Shown here one piece after another: positions 62,597-64,000 of a DNA stretch of 64,000 bases. Both the position numbers and the translations under genes were made by a program. This DNA is from the human T2T-CHM13v2.0 reference genome, Homo sapiens. The notes beneath the pieces are model-generated. The model was not told the DNA's origin and searched no databases. It saw only the letters and a program-made list of their open reading frames with translations. Within the stretch, counting starts at the first letter, position 1. Every line of letters begins with the position of its first letter. The stretch lies in the NCBI RefSeq assembly GCF_009914755.1, contig NC_060936.1; one strand, 5' to 3'.

Positions 62597-64000
62597 TCAA
62601 CACCTTCTAATCCAACAGATCCATCTCAAAAAAAAAAAAAAAAAGAATTATCTGTCCAGCTGCTGGTAGTCACACCTTCTAATTCAACAGATCCATTCCT
62701 TTGTTAGCTAGTTAAAAGTTGACTGCCTTGAGTACTAATACATTGAACCTTCATGACCATCATGGTATACCACATAAAATTGCTTCTGTCCAAGGAACTT
62801 ATCTTACAGGAGAGAAAACAATGAAGTAGAGGCCAGAGACAGACAGAGGGATAGAAAGCAAATATAAATGGATTATTAGTTTTAATTGTGATAACAGATC
62901 TTGGACTTGTGTTGTTATGATATTACATAAGCCTCAAGAAAATTAAATGCCTAGAGAAATGTAACAGGATAATAATAACCATAGATTGATTGAGTTTACC
63001 CTAAATTTACAAGATTAGATTCCCCACGACTGGGCAGAAAAGGAACTTGGGACTGAAACTAAGTTCAGTTATAGAAAATTTGTCTTTTGGTACATACATT
63101 TTGTAGAGTGGAAAATTTGTTCCTTCTCTATATTAGCAGTTTAGAATATGATGCCTTCTTAACAGACAGAATTTCTCCCAGTCATGCTTACTTGCATAAG
63201 TCAGTTGCAAACATCAAGTTTAAGTGATTAATAATGTAAAACTTCTTCTGGATGTAAGGGTGATATTAATTACCCTAAACTGTATTAATTTCTGGAGACC
63301 TGGGACTAGACTGTGTCTTAGTCACTTCTTTATTTACTCTTAGCACCTACAATAGTACCATTAGCATAGAATAAATTCTTTAAAAATGTTAATGAATGAA
63401 TGAACTAGGAAGAAACACCCTGGAAGAATGATTTTGTTAGTTGTGCACATCAAAAGTAATGAACTGTTCCACCCACCCCATTATCTTACACACATAACTT
63501 AACTCAGAGAAAATTAAGCTCATTCAAAGTAAGAGCATTTCTTAAATTAAACCATAAGTCAGTAGGCTTCTTTCTCCCTAGCTCCTGTCGCTCATTATCA
63601 AGTCTGGAATTTAGGCGGGAAAATATAACCATAAGCCACTTGATGAAAAGGCTAATATTGTTAAGTCCAGTGTCTTAAAATGGTAGCCTAATGACCCATA
63701 AACGCTGAAGCTTGGGACATCCACTTAATACTTTCTTTACAAGGCAAAATGAATTTCTTACTTCCTGCTTTGATTTTGGCATTAAGTAGCACTATGTAAC
63801 TGTACCTAAAATAGATGGAAAATACATGCCTTGTTCCAAGACTCGGTTTTATTGCAAGATGGTGTCTTGAAAAGTTTTACTCATTATGCCTTTTTATATT
63901 GTCCCTAACAAGGAATTGTAGGAAATTACACAAGTCATTCTCTCTATCTTAAATAGCAGGAAATGTTAACACAGAGGTTTACATGGAGAATATTTCTGTT

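Overview
Primate (almost certainly human) genomic DNA containing the 5' end of CPNE8 (copine-8) on the minus strand. Coding exon 1 (43202-43299) lies in a CpG-island promoter, followed by a 30.9-kb intron 1, exon 2 (12263-12303, 41 nt), exon 3 (10796-10842, 47 nt) and the start of intron 3. The exons splice in frame through canonical GT-AG sites to give [62 protein letters not shown], the start of the C2A domain. The rest of the gene lies left of base 1, and about 20 kb of upstream DNA lies to the right. The window is dominated by interspersed repeats: about 15 Alu/FLAM, L1, L2/MIR, ERV1 LTRs (two MER41A, one MER61A), MaLR/ERVL relics, and MER58A, MER63, MER33, MER2, MADE1 and MADE2 DNA transposons, plus microsatellites. 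Repeat subfamily calls come from memory of consensus sequences, and the boundaries of old repeats are approximate. None of the supplied ORFs is a credible independent gene. I found no evidence of a new multi-gene biological system. The best leads are smaller structures: a perfect 42-bp-arm palindrome and two other fold-back scars, a possible non-AUG N-terminal extension of CPNE8, cross-matching flanks on the two MER41A LTRs, an inverted AluSp pair bracketing exons 2-3, candidate cryptic exons, a probable divergent lncRNA ending in an MLT1 LTR, and an ERVL-type relic with integrase pieces on opposite strands.
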